A stretch of DNA of 63,992 bases, the filler included. It is 3 parts of 3 records of this genome, joined end to end, with 100 filler letters (N's around TTAATTAATTAA, not from the genome) between each part and the next. Parts side by side here need not be neighbours in the genome. Positions count along the whole stretch, not along the records: positions 29,279 to 58,289 come from SRR31156797_6591; 2 more parts are not named here. One strand, 5' to 3'. A model generated the notes under the pieces. It searched no databases and was not told the origin of the DNA. It saw nothing but the letters and a program-made list of their open reading frames with translations. Each line of letters starts with the position of its first letter. Within the stretch, counting starts at the first letter, position 1. A program made the position numbers and the translations under genes. Of the stretch, positions 40,103 to 50,353 are shown one piece after another.

Positions 40103-40846
40103 TCAGGAAGTCAAGTCGTTGGAGGGCAGGGTACCCGTATCTTTTTCCAGGTGATAAAGCGTGGCGCCCACGGGCGCAAATGAAAGGAGCAGAAGATTTA
40201 ATCCGGGGATCAAAAAAAGGATACCGAAGCCCAGGTGGAAGGGAAGGGTCCCGAGCAGAAAACGGAAACGGACGGCAAAAGGATTCATCCGTCTGGCAGG
40301 TATCAGGTCCGTATTGTCCCATGCCAGGAATATGGCCGCGATGCCGGAGGAAAGGATGGCGATAAAAGGCCCCAGCGGCGTAAGCCAGCCCAACAGCATC
40401 AGGAGAATTGCCAGCAACACGGGGATTGTGGTCCTGGGAATTTCCTGCTTGATGAGATAGACGAACAACCGAAACATGGAAATGTTTTCCGGTTCATCAA
40501 CCCGGCCCGTGGCCTGTCTTTCCGTGATGCGGGACATACGTTCCATAATCAGGACACTGAAAAAGATCTGGGAAATCAGGTAAGAAAATACAGCCGACAA
40601 CCCGAAGAGGGCAAAAGAGAGTATCCAGCTTACCAGATGCCACAACCAGAGAATCCAGTGGCTCGTGGGCTTGCTCCAGATGATTTCAAGAATTTCCCGG
40701 TGATAGGCGAAGATCAGACCGGCGGCGACAATGGTCAACAGGATCACCACGACAAATCTCAACAAGCCCCAGAGAAGGAGTTTCGGCGTTCTGAGCCCCA
40801 GAAGAAGGCCCCGAAAATTATAACCCATACCTTTTAGAAAATCCAT
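40103..40846 (-). CDS. EI24/CysZ-like membrane protein
   Basis: Hydrophobic pattern with C-terminal LIPGLNLLLLSFAPVGATL. Confidence 0.65.
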   Translation of the reverse strand: MDFLKGMGYNFRGLLLGLRTPKLLLWGLLRFVVVILLTIVAAGLIFAYHREILEIIWSKPTSHWILWLWHLVSWILSFALFGLSAVFSYLISQIFFSVLIMERMSRITERQATGRVDEPENISMFRLFVYLIKQEIPRTTIPVLLAILLMLLGWLTPLGPFIAILSSGIAAIFLAWDNTDLIPARRMNPFAVRFRFLLGTLPFHLGFGILFLIPGLNLLLLSFAPVGATLYHLEKDTGTLPSNDLTS

Positions 40847-40879
40847 TTTCAGACCTCGTTGAGCGGCAACCTAAAATCG

Positions 40880-41455
40880 CTACTTGGTGCCATTGACCCA
40901 CCAGTCCGCATCATTGTCAAACCACCATGCATCGCTTTTGGAAGCCATGATTTCACGTCCCAATGCTTTCCCACTGTCGGTACACAACCGCTTCAGGGCA
41001 TAGACCAGCCATTCTTTCGCATTGGGGTTGCCTGAATCCTGGTGCCCCTTCAATTCAAGAATCAGGTCAAGCTGATCCGCGTCTTTCGCAATTCTGGATT
41101 CCAGGCTTTCCGCTGTATTGAATTCATCCAACAATGCGACAATATCATCGCCAAAGGGGAGGCCCCTGGTCTGGTCCAAAATGGCCTTTTCCTCATCGAC
41201 CGTCACATACTTTTTATTCACGTAATTATGATCCCCCGTCCTGGCTTCAGGCAGGTCATGGAACAGACACATGCGGACGGTTTTGTCAATGTCGGCCCCG
41301 TTTTCCATGGTGGCAAGGACATACCCCAGGATGGTCGCTCTGAAAGAGTGTTCTGCAACCGATTCGGAACCCGACCCCAGGAACTGGTAGCCGGTTCGGG
41401 GTGTTTTTTTCAACATACCGGCTTCATAAAGAAATTCTACGGTGCGTTTTAACAT
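40880..41455 (-). CDS. HD-domain hydrolase (5'-deoxynucleotidase-like)
   Basis: LKKTPRTGY, ESVAEHS, HDLPEARTGD, KDADQLD. Confidence 0.85.
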   Translation of the reverse strand: MLKRTVEFLYEAGMLKKTPRTGYQFLGSGSESVAEHSFRATILGYVLATMENGADIDKTVRMCLFHDLPEARTGDHNYVNKKYVTVDEEKAILDQTRGLPFGDDIVALLDEFNTAESLESRIAKDADQLDLILELKGHQDSGNPNAKEWLVYALKRLCTDSGKALGREIMASKSDAWWFDNDADWWVNGTK

Positions 41456-41619
41456 GATAATCCGGGAAGAACTCGTCAATAGTATTGATGCGGACCAAGA
41501 GCCCGCTTGATTTATGGCGACACAGTGTTTAGTATGGGGCAATTTTATAGATCAGCAGAAAATCAAAATCAATCCGTAAATCAAAAAAATGCCGGCAACG
41601 TCATTTAACGGAACACGAA

Positions 41620-42126
41620 ATGTCTCATATGAAAATATACACCTACCCGGAAGCGGTCCTCAAAACAATCGCGGAACCCATACAAGAGATTGATCAAGAT
41701 CTCCAGAAGACGATTGATCAAATGTTTGAAACCATGTATTTGGCGCCGGGTATCGGCCTGGCGGCCAACCAGGTGGGCCTACTCAAAAGGGTCATTGTCT
41801 TTGACGGCTCCCCGAGGGACGAGGAACAGAACCCCCATGTATTGATAAATCCCGAGATTGTGGCCGGTGAAGGTTCAATCAAATGGGATGAAGCCTGCTT
41901 GAGCGTGCCCGATTATACCGCGGACGTGGTTCGAAAGGCTAGGGTTCAGGTTAAGGGTCTCGACCGGCACGGTAATCCACTGCATCTGGAAGCGGAAGAC
42001 CTGTTGGCCGTTTGCCTGCAACACGAAATCGACCACTTGGACGGTGTTCTCTTCATTGACCGGATCAGCCGCTTGAAGCGGGCGCTTTACAAGAAAAAAC
42101 TCAAGAAAAAGCAGAAAGGGGATTGA
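41620..42126 (+). CDS. def: peptide deformylase
   Basis: GIGLAANQVG, EACLSVP, QHEIDHLDG. Confidence 0.95.
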   Translation: MSHMKIYTYPEAVLKTIAEPIQEIDQDLQKTIDQMFETMYLAPGIGLAANQVGLLKRVIVFDGSPRDEEQNPHVLINPEIVAGEGSIKWDEACLSVPDYTADVVRKARVQVKGLDRHGNPLHLEAEDLLAVCLQHEIDHLDGVLFIDRISRLKRALYKKKLKKKQKGD

Positions 42127-42130
42127 TTGG

Positions 42131-43108
42131 ATGCATCACCATAATCCGATTCTTTTGCCGGCGCGCCCCGGGATCATATTCATGGGCACCCCTGATTTTG
42201 CATTGCCTTCACTGGAAGCGTTGATCTCACACGATCATCATGTTCAGGCGGTGGTGACCCAGCCGGACAGGCCCAGGGGAAGAAGCGGAAAACCTTCGCC
42301 TTCCCCCGTGAAACGGATGGCAAAACGCTTCGGGATAGAAGTCCTTCAGCCGGAAAGGGCATCGGATGAATCCTTTTGCGATCTCATGGGTGCTCTTTCG
42401 CCCGATCTTTTGGTGGTGATCGCTTTCGGGCAGATCCTGACAGCGCATTTCCTGGGTATTCCCTCATGGGGGGGATTGAATATTCATGCATCCCTGCTGC
42501 CGAAATACCGGGGCGCCGCCCCCATTCAACGGGCGGTGATGAACGGTGAGCGTGAAACCGGTCTCACGGCCATGCGCATGGACATAGGCCTCGATGCCGG
42601 TCCCATCCTGCTCCAGGAAAAAACGCATATCGGCGCCCATGAAACAGCCGGCCAACTACACGATCGGCTTGCGAATATATCCGCCACGTTTCTACTCAAA
42701 ACCATCGATGGTCTGGCTCAAAATGCCATTAACGAAACGCCCCAGGACGACTCCCTGGCTACCTATGCGCCAAAGATTGACCGGACAACCGGCCTTATTT
42801 CATGGGATCTTCCGGCGGATCATGTCTCGGCACTGATCCGGGGTCTGGATCCGTGGCCGGGGGCCCATACCAGCGTCAACGGCAAAACACTGAAACTCTT
42901 TTCATCCCGGGTGGTGAACACAGGTGATGCCGACACGGTTCCGGGAAGGGTCAAAGGGGGTTGTAAGGAAGGGCTATTGGTGGAAACCGCTGATGGCGTT
43001 ATTCTGGTTACGGCGCTGCAGCTTGCCGGCAGGAAACGACTGAGCGCTTTGGATTTTCTTCGGGGGTTTCCCATCAAACCCGGAACCCTTCTTGGAAAGA
43101 CGAAATGA
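42131..43108 (+). CDS. fmt: methionyl-tRNA formyltransferase
   Basis: FMGTPDFA, VTQPDRP, NIHASLLPKYRGAAPIQ. Confidence 0.95.
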   Translation: MHHHNPILLPARPGIIFMGTPDFALPSLEALISHDHHVQAVVTQPDRPRGRSGKPSPSPVKRMAKRFGIEVLQPERASDESFCDLMGALSPDLLVVIAFGQILTAHFLGIPSWGGLNIHASLLPKYRGAAPIQRAVMNGERETGLTAMRMDIGLDAGPILLQEKTHIGAHETAGQLHDRLANISATFLLKTIDGLAQNAINETPQDDSLATYAPKIDRTTGLISWDLPADHVSALIRGLDPWPGAHTSVNGKTLKLFSSRVVNTGDADTVPGRVKGGCKEGLLVETADGVILVTALQLAGRKRLSALDFLRGFPIKPGTLLGKTK

Positions 43109-43938
43109 AAGATTCCACAATCCATATCAAGGACCGTGAAAGGGGTGAAGGCTCACTTCAACCGGAACGGATCGATTTCAACACATTTACCAGGCCCCGC
43201 AAACGGGTCTTCATCTTTCTGCTTCTGGCAACCAGCCTGTTCCTTTTGGGGGTCGCCTTCCTCTTATGGTGGGTGCCCTATGTGGGCCTTGCCAATATCC
43301 ATGAAGCGGTTCCGGTGATCCTGGCGGTTCTGCTGGGCGCGGTTGTTCTCGTAAGCATCGGGGCCGTCCTGACGCTTCTCTTTACCATTATCAGGGGAAA
43401 GAATCTCTTTTTCAACCGTCGCATCAGGGGTGTGGTCATCCGCGTGCTGTTCCCCCTGCTGGTGGGGGTGGGCAGATGTTTCGGTATCCGAAAATCGGAA
43501 ATTCGAAGGTCCTTTGTGGCCATTAACAATCAACTGGTAATGGCCGAGGCCAAAAAGGTTCAGCCGGAACAAATGCTGATCCTCCTGCCCCATTGTCTGC
43601 AAAACCATGATTGTGCGGTCCGGATCACCGGGAATGTGCAGAATTGCAAATCATGCGGTAACTGTAAAATCAAGGACCTGGCGGCACTTTCCGAAAAGTA
43701 TCATGTGCATGTTGCCGTGGCCACCGGCGGCACTCTGGCTCGAAAAATTGTTGTGGAAAAACGCCCTGAAATTATCATTGCCGTGGCGTGCGAACGGGAC
43801 CTCACCAGCGGTATCCAGGACGCTTATCCCATTCCCGTTTTCGGTGTTTTTAATCGTAGACCTTTCGGCCCCTGTTATGACACGGACGTCAACATCGATC
43901 TCGTGGAAAAAGGGTTGAAAACCTTTCTCGTCAACTGA
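43105..43938 (+). CDS. DUF116 family membrane protein
   Basis: LLPHCLQ, CKSCGNC, VATGGT, AVACERDL. Confidence 0.85.
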   Translation: MKDSTIHIKDRERGEGSLQPERIDFNTFTRPRKRVFIFLLLATSLFLLGVAFLLWWVPYVGLANIHEAVPVILAVLLGAVVLVSIGAVLTLLFTIIRGKNLFFNRRIRGVVIRVLFPLLVGVGRCFGIRKSEIRRSFVAINNQLVMAEAKKVQPEQMLILLPHCLQNHDCAVRITGNVQNCKSCGNCKIKDLAALSEKYHVHVAVATGGTLARKIVVEKRPEIIIAVACERDLTSGIQDAYPIPVFGVFNRRPFGPCYDTDVNIDLVEKGLKTFLVN

Positions 43939-43943
43939 CCCCC

Positions 43944-45287
43944 ATGCCCAGAAATCTAGCCTTAAAATCCCTTAATGGCATTGGTGGCGCCCCCGGCCGG
44001 GCAGAGCGGCGTTTGGAATCCCTTTTCTCACAAAACCCAAAACTGAGTCAAAGGGATCGCGCCTTTGGGGTCCATCTGGTTCAGGGGGTCCTGAGATGGC
44101 GGATCAGATTTGACTGGATCCTGAAACAATATGTTCGGTTTCCTTTCAAAAAGGTTGACCCGGAGGTGTTGAATATTCTCCGTCTGGCCCTCTTTCAGAT
44201 CCTGTTTTTGGATCGGGTGCCCGATTCCGCCGCCGTCAATGAAGCGGTAAAACAGAGCCGGAGGATGGGCCAAAGGCACGTGGTGAAGTTTGTAAACGGC
44301 ATCCTGAGGCGGATCTGCCGGGAAAAGGATCATCTACCCTATCCCGACCCCGAAGAAGAACCGGCCCTCCATGCCTCCGTTTATTATAGCTATCCCATGT
44401 GGCTGGTGAAGAAATGGATGCGGGAGATGGGGCCGGATATGGCCCTCAATATGATGAAAGCCGGGAACGAAATTCCCAAGCTCACCATCAGGGCCAATAC
44501 CTTGCGAACCACCCGCCGGGCCCTGTTGAATCGCCTTGAAGAAGAAGGGGTCAACGGCAAGGCGCTTCCCTTTGCTCCCGAGGGGATTCAATTGATCGAT
44601 TTCAAAGGGTCCGTTTCCCGTTTAAGGGCATTTTGTGAGGGTCTGTTTCAAGTGCAGGGTGAAGCGGCCCAGGTCTGCAGCCACCTTCTTTCACCCGGAG
44701 AGGGAGAGGTGGTGGGGGATATGTGTGCCGGTCTTGGTGGAAAAAGCACGCATTTGGCCCAACTGATGGGGGATCATGGTCGGATTCTGGCATTGGACAC
44801 CAGCCTCGGTCGGCTTAAAGGATTAAGGCAAAATACAAAACGGCTGGGCATGGGGTGCATCTTTCCCCTGGTTGCGGACGTTACTTCATCGGTTTCTTTT
44901 TTGCGGAGCCCCCTTCAAAAAATCATGGTGGACGGTCCTTGTTCGGGGTTGGGCGTTATTTCAAAGCACCCCGATACGAAATTGACCAAGAAAGAGGATG
45001 ACATCAAACGGCTGGCAGTGATACAAAAAAGAATCCTTACGCAATCCTGCCGGGCCCTCGGCACGGATGGTGAAATGCTGTATGTCACCTGCACCATTTC
45101 AAATGAGGAAAATGAGTGGATGGTGGAAAGTCTGTTGCGGGAGAATAAGGAGTTGGTGCTTCAGGACCTAGCCCGGCGTATTCCGCCATGGGGCGTTGAC
45201 TTGGTGGACGTAAACGGCTTTTTGAAAACCTTCCCCCACCTTCACGGCATGGAAGGCTTTTTTGCGGCTCTTTTCAGGAAAATCTGA
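43944..45287 (+). CDS. rsmB: 16S rRNA m5C967 methyltransferase
   Basis: NusB-like N-terminus, DMCAGLGGKS, DGPCSG, YVTCT. Confidence 0.92.
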   Translation: MPRNLALKSLNGIGGAPGRAERRLESLFSQNPKLSQRDRAFGVHLVQGVLRWRIRFDWILKQYVRFPFKKVDPEVLNILRLALFQILFLDRVPDSAAVNEAVKQSRRMGQRHVVKFVNGILRRICREKDHLPYPDPEEEPALHASVYYSYPMWLVKKWMREMGPDMALNMMKAGNEIPKLTIRANTLRTTRRALLNRLEEEGVNGKALPFAPEGIQLIDFKGSVSRLRAFCEGLFQVQGEAAQVCSHLLSPGEGEVVGDMCAGLGGKSTHLAQLMGDHGRILALDTSLGRLKGLRQNTKRLGMGCIFPLVADVTSSVSFLRSPLQKIMVDGPCSGLGVISKHPDTKLTKKEDDIKRLAVIQKRILTQSCRALGTDGEMLYVTCTISNEENEWMVESLLRENKELVLQDLARRIPPWGVDLVDVNGFLKTFPHLHGMEGFFAALFRKI

Positions 45288-45305
45288 TCTGATACGAGGA
45301 AAAAT

Positions 45306-45956
45306 ATGAAAAAAATATCACCATCTATCCTATCCGCCGACTTTACCCGCTTGGGAGAAGAGATAACATCCGTTGTAAAAGCCGGTGCCGACTATCTCCA
45401 TATCGATGTCATGGACGGGCATTTTGTTCCCAACATCACCATCGGACCGCTGGTGGTCAAGGGGGCAAGACCCGTTACGGATATCCCCTTCGATGTGCAC
45501 CTGATGATTTCCCAACCGGATCTCTACATCGAGGAATTTGCAAAAGCCGGCGCCGACATCATCAGCGTCCATGCGGAGAGCACCGTTCACCTCCACCGAA
45601 CCGTGAATTATATCAAGTCCTGCGGCGCAAAAGCAGCCGTGGCCTTGAATCCCGCCACCCCCATCAGCGTACTGGATCATGTGCTCACCCAACTTGATAT
45701 GGTCTTGATCATGAGCGTGAACCCCGGTTTTGAAGCGCAGAAGTTTATCCCCGAAGTGATTCCAAAGATCAAGTCATTAAGGGAGAAGATTGACGATTTG
45801 GGCCTTGATATGGAGATCGAGGTGGACGGCGGTATCAATCATAAGACCATTGAAAGCGTTTCTACCGCCGGTGCTGATGTTTTTGTGGCCGGTTCGGCCA
45901 TATATCACAGTGAAAACTACGCTGAGACCATTCAGGTGTTAAGGCGTAACATGTGA
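45306..45956 (+). CDS. rpe: ribulose-phosphate 3-epimerase
   Basis: [33 protein letters not shown]. Confidence 0.96.
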   Translation: MKKISPSILSADFTRLGEEITSVVKAGADYLHIDVMDGHFVPNITIGPLVVKGARPVTDIPFDVHLMISQPDLYIEEFAKAGADIISVHAESTVHLHRTVNYIKSCGAKAAVALNPATPISVLDHVLTQLDMVLIMSVNPGFEAQKFIPEVIPKIKSLREKIDDLGLDMEIEVDGGINHKTIESVSTAGADVFVAGSAIYHSENYAETIQVLRRNM

Positions 45957-46051
45957 CAATGATATTTTTGCAACCGAAATGTAAGGGAAGATATAAGCCC
46001 ATTTCTTAGCTCAAAATTGAAGTTTTTTGAAAGGAGACAGGAAAATTCCGC

Positions 46052-47074
46052 ATGGGTATCCGTAAATCAAATAACCCCCACAATTCAAAGGGCCGGCTCA
46101 CCGAGGCCATAGACCGGTTTTCCGAAGCAAGGATTGCGGTTTTGGGAGACATCATCATGGATGAATTTATCTGGGGGGATGTGTCCCGGATTTCTCCTGA
46201 AGCGCCGGTACCGGTTCTTGACGTTGAACGGGAAACGAAACTTCTGGGAGGCGCCGCCAATGTGGTGCGCAATATGGGGGCCTTAGGTGCCGACGCGATC
46301 CTGTGTGGGATTGTGGGGGATGATGCCATGGGAGCGGAAATCGTATCGGAGCTTATGCGCATGGGCCTAAGATCCGATGGCGTGGCCGTGGAAAAAGGTC
46401 GACCCACCAGTATCAAAACCAGGGTTGTGGCCCGAAACCAGCAAATTGTCCGGTATGATCGGGAGAGCACGGCCGAAATCGAAGCTGAAAGTGTTCGGAA
46501 AATACTTGATTTTGCCATGGCGACTTTTCCCGATATTGACGCCCTTGTGATTTCCGATTATGGAAAAGGGTTGATTTCAGAGCCCCTCATGAAAGGGTTG
46601 AGATCATTAACGGGAAAAATGTCCGTCAATGGGGAAATGATCATAACCGTTGATCCCAAGACCGGGAACTTCGAACATTACACCGGCGTGGATGTCATAA
46701 CACCCAATCATCACGAAGCGGGGCAATTTTGCGGCTTTAAAATCGTTGATGAAGAAACCCTTAAAAAGGCCGGCCGTAAAATGCTGGATGCATTGAATTG
46801 CCGGTCCGTTTTGATTACCCAGGGGAAAGACGGCATGACCCTTTTTGAACGTGAAGGGGAAATCACCCATATCCCCACCGTGGCCAAGAAAGTATTTGAT
46901 GTCACCGGGGCCGGCGATACGGTTATCAGCGCCATTTCCCTGGGGTTGTCCGTGGGCATGGATTTAAAGGCGGCGGCCCATGTGGCCAATGTTGCAGCCG
47001 GCATTGTGGTGGGTGAAGTGGGAACTTCCGCTGCAAAGGCCGATGTTGTGAAAAACGCTATTTTGGCGGTCTGA
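46052..47074 (+). CDS. rfaE1: D-glycero-beta-D-manno-heptose-7-phosphate kinase (stand-alone HldE domain I)
   Basis: RISPEAPVPV, GGAANV, SDYGKG, DVTGAGDTV. Confidence 0.9.
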   Translation: MGIRKSNNPHNSKGRLTEAIDRFSEARIAVLGDIIMDEFIWGDVSRISPEAPVPVLDVERETKLLGGAANVVRNMGALGADAILCGIVGDDAMGAEIVSELMRMGLRSDGVAVEKGRPTSIKTRVVARNQQIVRYDRESTAEIEAESVRKILDFAMATFPDIDALVISDYGKGLISEPLMKGLRSLTGKMSVNGEMIITVDPKTGNFEHYTGVDVITPNHHEAGQFCGFKIVDEETLKKAGRKMLDALNCRSVLITQGKDGMTLFEREGEITHIPTVAKKVFDVTGAGDTVISAISLGLSVGMDLKAAAHVANVAAGIVVGEVGTSAAKADVVKNAILAV

Positions 47075-47093
47075 GAGGCAAGGAGAAACATCT

Positions 47094-47645
47094 ATGAGCC
47101 GGCCGGAAACATCAGAGGATGTTAAACTCATTATGAGCCTTTTTTCTCCTGAAAAAGAGCTCGTTCTAAGCATTATGGAGCAGCTTTTTGAGATTTACGG
47201 AGAAGCGGACTGGAGCAGCCCCGAACTTTTCTTTGATCGGACCCGCTATTACGAAAAGGAGATGGGGTGGCCCCTTTACCGCCGCTTTCTCTCCTTTAAG
47301 AACCTCATCCCCCCTGAAATGCTGGTAGATGTAAAGCTTAAGACCAATGGTATTGAAAAAACATATTTGAAAGGAGAACAAAGGCGTATCAATATCGATC
47401 CGGGGTATATTTCCCTGGAAAGATTGGTTCTGGCCACCGGAAAGAATTACATCCACAGGATCTATTTGCGGGAAGGCATTTATGCGGATCTGACATTGGT
47501 TTTCAAACGGGGTGGGTTTGTGCCCCTGGATTGGACTTATCCCGATTATGCCGATCCGAAGATGATTGAACGCTTCAATACCATCCGGTCTCAATATCTG
47601 GAACAATTAAGAAAGAGAAAACCCCAGGAAAGGAAAAACCATTGA
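47094..47645 (+). CDS. DUF4416 family protein
   Basis: YYEKEMG, RRINIDPGY, LATGKNYIHRIYL, WTYPDY. Confidence 0.8.
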   Translation: MSRPETSEDVKLIMSLFSPEKELVLSIMEQLFEIYGEADWSSPELFFDRTRYYEKEMGWPLYRRFLSFKNLIPPEMLVDVKLKTNGIEKTYLKGEQRRINIDPGYISLERLVLATGKNYIHRIYLREGIYADLTLVFKRGGFVPLDWTYPDYADPKMIERFNTIRSQYLEQLRKRKPQERKNH

Positions 47646-48523
47646 TAACAAGCATGACCGCCTATGGAAAAGGAGACTATCCGCACGATGGAAAGCGGTT
47701 TCTGGTGGAAATTAAATCCCTCAACAACCGTTACCGGGACGTTATTCTCAGGATGCCTAAGAATCTCCAGGGGTTTGAAAAACAGTTGCGAACCCTTATC
47801 GACTCAAAGATCAGGCGGGGACGCATTGAAGTCTTTTTTCAAATCGAAAGTTCCCATGAAACGCCTCCTTATACCCTCGAACTGAATATGCCCCTGGTTG
47901 ACGCCTATTTGAAGATTTTTGCCCAGCTCTCCGGCCGTTCAGGGCTCGATCAGGACATGCGGCTGGAAACCCTCCTTCAAATGAACGATGTTGTGAACAT
48001 TAAAACGGATACGGATGACGAAGAAGCCATGGGAAAGGGCCTTTACGAGACCCTCGCCCTCGGCCTCGATTCCCTGGTTAAAATGAGACGGAGGGAAGGG
48101 GCCACCATTGAGATCGACTTGAAAAAAAGGCTGAATAGGGTCGGCGGGTTCATAAATGATGTTCGCGGCCGCACTCCCGAGATTGTAGAGGCCTATGGCA
48201 TACGGCTGAAAGAGAATGTGGAAAAACTGTGCCGGGGGGTCGAGGTGGATGCGGACCGCATTGCACAGGAAGTGGCAATTTTTGCGGAACGATCCGACAT
48301 CACGGAGGAACTGGTTCGAATGGGGTCCCACATTGAACAGTTCGGCGAGTATCTGGCAATGGATGATGCGGTGGGCAGAAGACTTGATTTTCTCATTCAG
48401 GAAATGAATCGGGAGGTCAATACCCTCGGCTCAAAGGCCTCCGATGGACATGTTTCCAGGATTGTGGTGGAATTGAAAGCTGAGTTGGAAAAAATGCGTG
48501 AACAGGTTCAGAATGTGGAGTGA
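47642..48523 (+). CDS. yicC: YicC/YloC family endoribonuclease
   Basis: [43 protein letters not shown]. Confidence 0.92.
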   Translation: MITSMTAYGKGDYPHDGKRFLVEIKSLNNRYRDVILRMPKNLQGFEKQLRTLIDSKIRRGRIEVFFQIESSHETPPYTLELNMPLVDAYLKIFAQLSGRSGLDQDMRLETLLQMNDVVNIKTDTDDEEAMGKGLYETLALGLDSLVKMRRREGATIEIDLKKRLNRVGGFINDVRGRTPEIVEAYGIRLKENVEKLCRGVEVDADRIAQEVAIFAERSDITEELVRMGSHIEQFGEYLAMDDAVGRRLDFLIQEMNREVNTLGSKASDGHVSRIVVELKAELEKMREQVQNVE

Positions 48524-48537
48524 AAGGAGATTTTATC

Positions 48538-48816
48538 ATGGGTGTTAAGCTTGTGAATATCGGTTTTGGAAATTCGGTTCTTTCCAGGCGTGTGATTGCC
48601 ATTATTTCGGCCGGGGCCGCTCCCATAAAGCGGCTTCGCGACGAAGCCCGGGAAGAAAAACGGCTCATCGACGCCACACAGGGGAGACGGACCCGCTCCG
48701 TATTAATAACGGACAGCAACCATGTTATCCTCTCCGCGGTGCAATCGGAAACCATTGCACAACGGTTCAGCCCCGAGGGAAATATCCCTTCCCGGGAATT
48801 GGAAGAATCATCATGA
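48538..48816 (+). CDS. remA: RemA / DUF370 family regulator
   Basis: [34 protein letters not shown]. Confidence 0.88.
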   Translation: MGVKLVNIGFGNSVLSRRVIAIISAGAAPIKRLRDEAREEKRLIDATQGRRTRSVLITDSNHVILSAVQSETIAQRFSPEGNIPSRELEESS

Positions 48817-49439
48817 CCGGTCAGATTTTCGTTTTCTCGGCGCCCTCGGGTACCGGGAAATCAACCATTGCGGAGGCCTTGATGGAAAGGTTTGTCAATC
48901 TGGCATATTCCATTTCCCATACCAGCCGCCGGCCCCGAGGAACCGAACGGGACGGGGTTGATTATCATTTTATCACCGATGACACCTTCAGGGAAATGAT
49001 CGAGGGAAACGCTTTTCTGGAGTGGGCCCAAGTCCACGGCCACCTGTACGGCACCGCCCTCGCCGCCGTCAAAGCGCAGATGTCGGCAGGTTCCCATATC
49101 CTCATGGATGTGGATGTTCAGGGGGGGCGCAATGTTAAAAAACAATTTCCCGAAAGCATCCTTATTTTCCTGTTGCCGCCGTCCCTTGAAATTTTGCACA
49201 AGCGATTAATGGCCAGGGGAACGGATGACCCCGAGGTGATCGAAAAGCGGATGGCACGGGCTTCCGAAGAAATCAAGCACTGTTCATGGTACGACTATAT
49301 CGTCATTAACGATGATCTGGAAAAAGCCGTTTTTGAAGCTCAATCCATTATCGTATCGGAACAGTGCAAGGGGGTGCGCCGAATGGATTGGGTAAATGCC
49401 CATTTCAAGGAATCAACCCCCACAACCTTAGATGTTTGA
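48813..49439 (+). CDS. gmk: guanylate kinase
   Basis: [30 protein letters not shown]. Confidence 0.95.
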   Translation: MTGQIFVFSAPSGTGKSTIAEALMERFVNLAYSISHTSRRPRGTERDGVDYHFITDDTFREMIEGNAFLEWAQVHGHLYGTALAAVKAQMSAGSHILMDVDVQGGRNVKKQFPESILIFLLPPSLEILHKRLMARGTDDPEVIEKRMARASEEIKHCSWYDYIVINDDLEKAVFEAQSIIVSEQCKGVRRMDWVNAHFKESTPTTLDV

Positions 49440-49510
49440 ATAACCCAACCACCCTGTTTCCTGCCGTACCCCCCTCGAATTTTATCAGCCCGGCGCGGTT
49501 TGAATTTTTC

Positions 49511-49538
49511 TTGACATCCGGCATAATCTCCCTATGAT
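49511..49538 (+). promoter_or_regulatory. sigma70-type promoter for the IclR operon
   Basis: TTGACA-16 nt-TATGAT, about 40 nt upstream of the ATG at 49580. Confidence 0.65.
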
Positions 49539-49572
49539 ACCATATGTGAGTTTGCTAATATCATATATGGTA
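49538..49572. promoter_or_regulatory. candidate operator (inverted repeat) between promoter and IclR gene
   Basis: TACCATATGTGA-N11-TCATATATGGTA, 11 of 12 positions complementary. Confidence 0.55.
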
Positions 49573-49579
49573 CCCAGGC

Positions 49580-50353
49580 ATGACAAAAAGCAAATCCGAC
49601 CACGCACCTGCCGTGGACAGGGCCCTTGATGTTATTGAGCTTCTGGCATCCTGCGAAAAGGCGCTGCCCCTTTCAGAGGTTCTTTCAAGACTCGGTATCC
49701 CGAGACAGTCTTTGATCAGAATCTTAAATACCCTGTGCGATCGGGGAATAGCGGAAAGGACGGATCAAAGGGGCTTTTATCAATTAAGCGAAAAACTTTT
49801 GTCCTGGGGAAACAGGTTTCAGGACAAAATAAAGCTCTCCTCGGTCGCACGTCCATTCATGCGGGAGTTGGCGGAAAAGACTCACAAGACCGTTGAACTT
49901 TCCACCCTGGACCGGGATCAACTGGTATTGATAGACCAGGTTGAGGGGAGTGAGGGTATCCGGCTTTATTCCCGGATCGGAAGTGCGTATCCGTATTTCC
50001 ACGCGGTGGCCGTGGGGAAAATTTATTTGGCGCATATGGCGGTAAAAAAGAGGCACAACGTGCTTTCCACAATCGGCCTTCCGCCCGTTACGGAGCATAC
50101 CATCATCGAGATGGAACAACTTGAAAGAGAGCTGGTGCAAGTAAAAGAAAAAGGGTGTGCATTTGAAAATCAGGAGTTGAGAAAGGGTGTCCGAAGGATT
50201 GTGGCGCCCATCTACGACCACACAAATCGTCTGGCGGGCTGCATCGGGGTCGCCGCCACCATTTTCAGTTTTGAAATAAGCGATAAAGAGGATCTGGGAT
50301 GCCGGGTCATTGAAACGGCAAACAAAATTTCATACGGTATGGGTAAAACATAA
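49580..50353 (+). CDS. IclR family transcriptional regulator
   Basis: AVDRALDVIELL HTH, HAVAVGKIYLA, GVRRIVAPI. Confidence 0.92.
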   Translation: MTKSKSDHAPAVDRALDVIELLASCEKALPLSEVLSRLGIPRQSLIRILNTLCDRGIAERTDQRGFYQLSEKLLSWGNRFQDKIKLSSVARPFMRELAEKTHKTVELSTLDRDQLVLIDQVEGSEGIRLYSRIGSAYPYFHAVAVGKIYLAHMAVKKRHNVLSTIGLPPVTEHTIIEMEQLERELVQVKEKGCAFENQELRKGVRRIVAPIYDHTNRLAGCIGVAATIFSFEISDKEDLGCRVIETANKISYGMGKT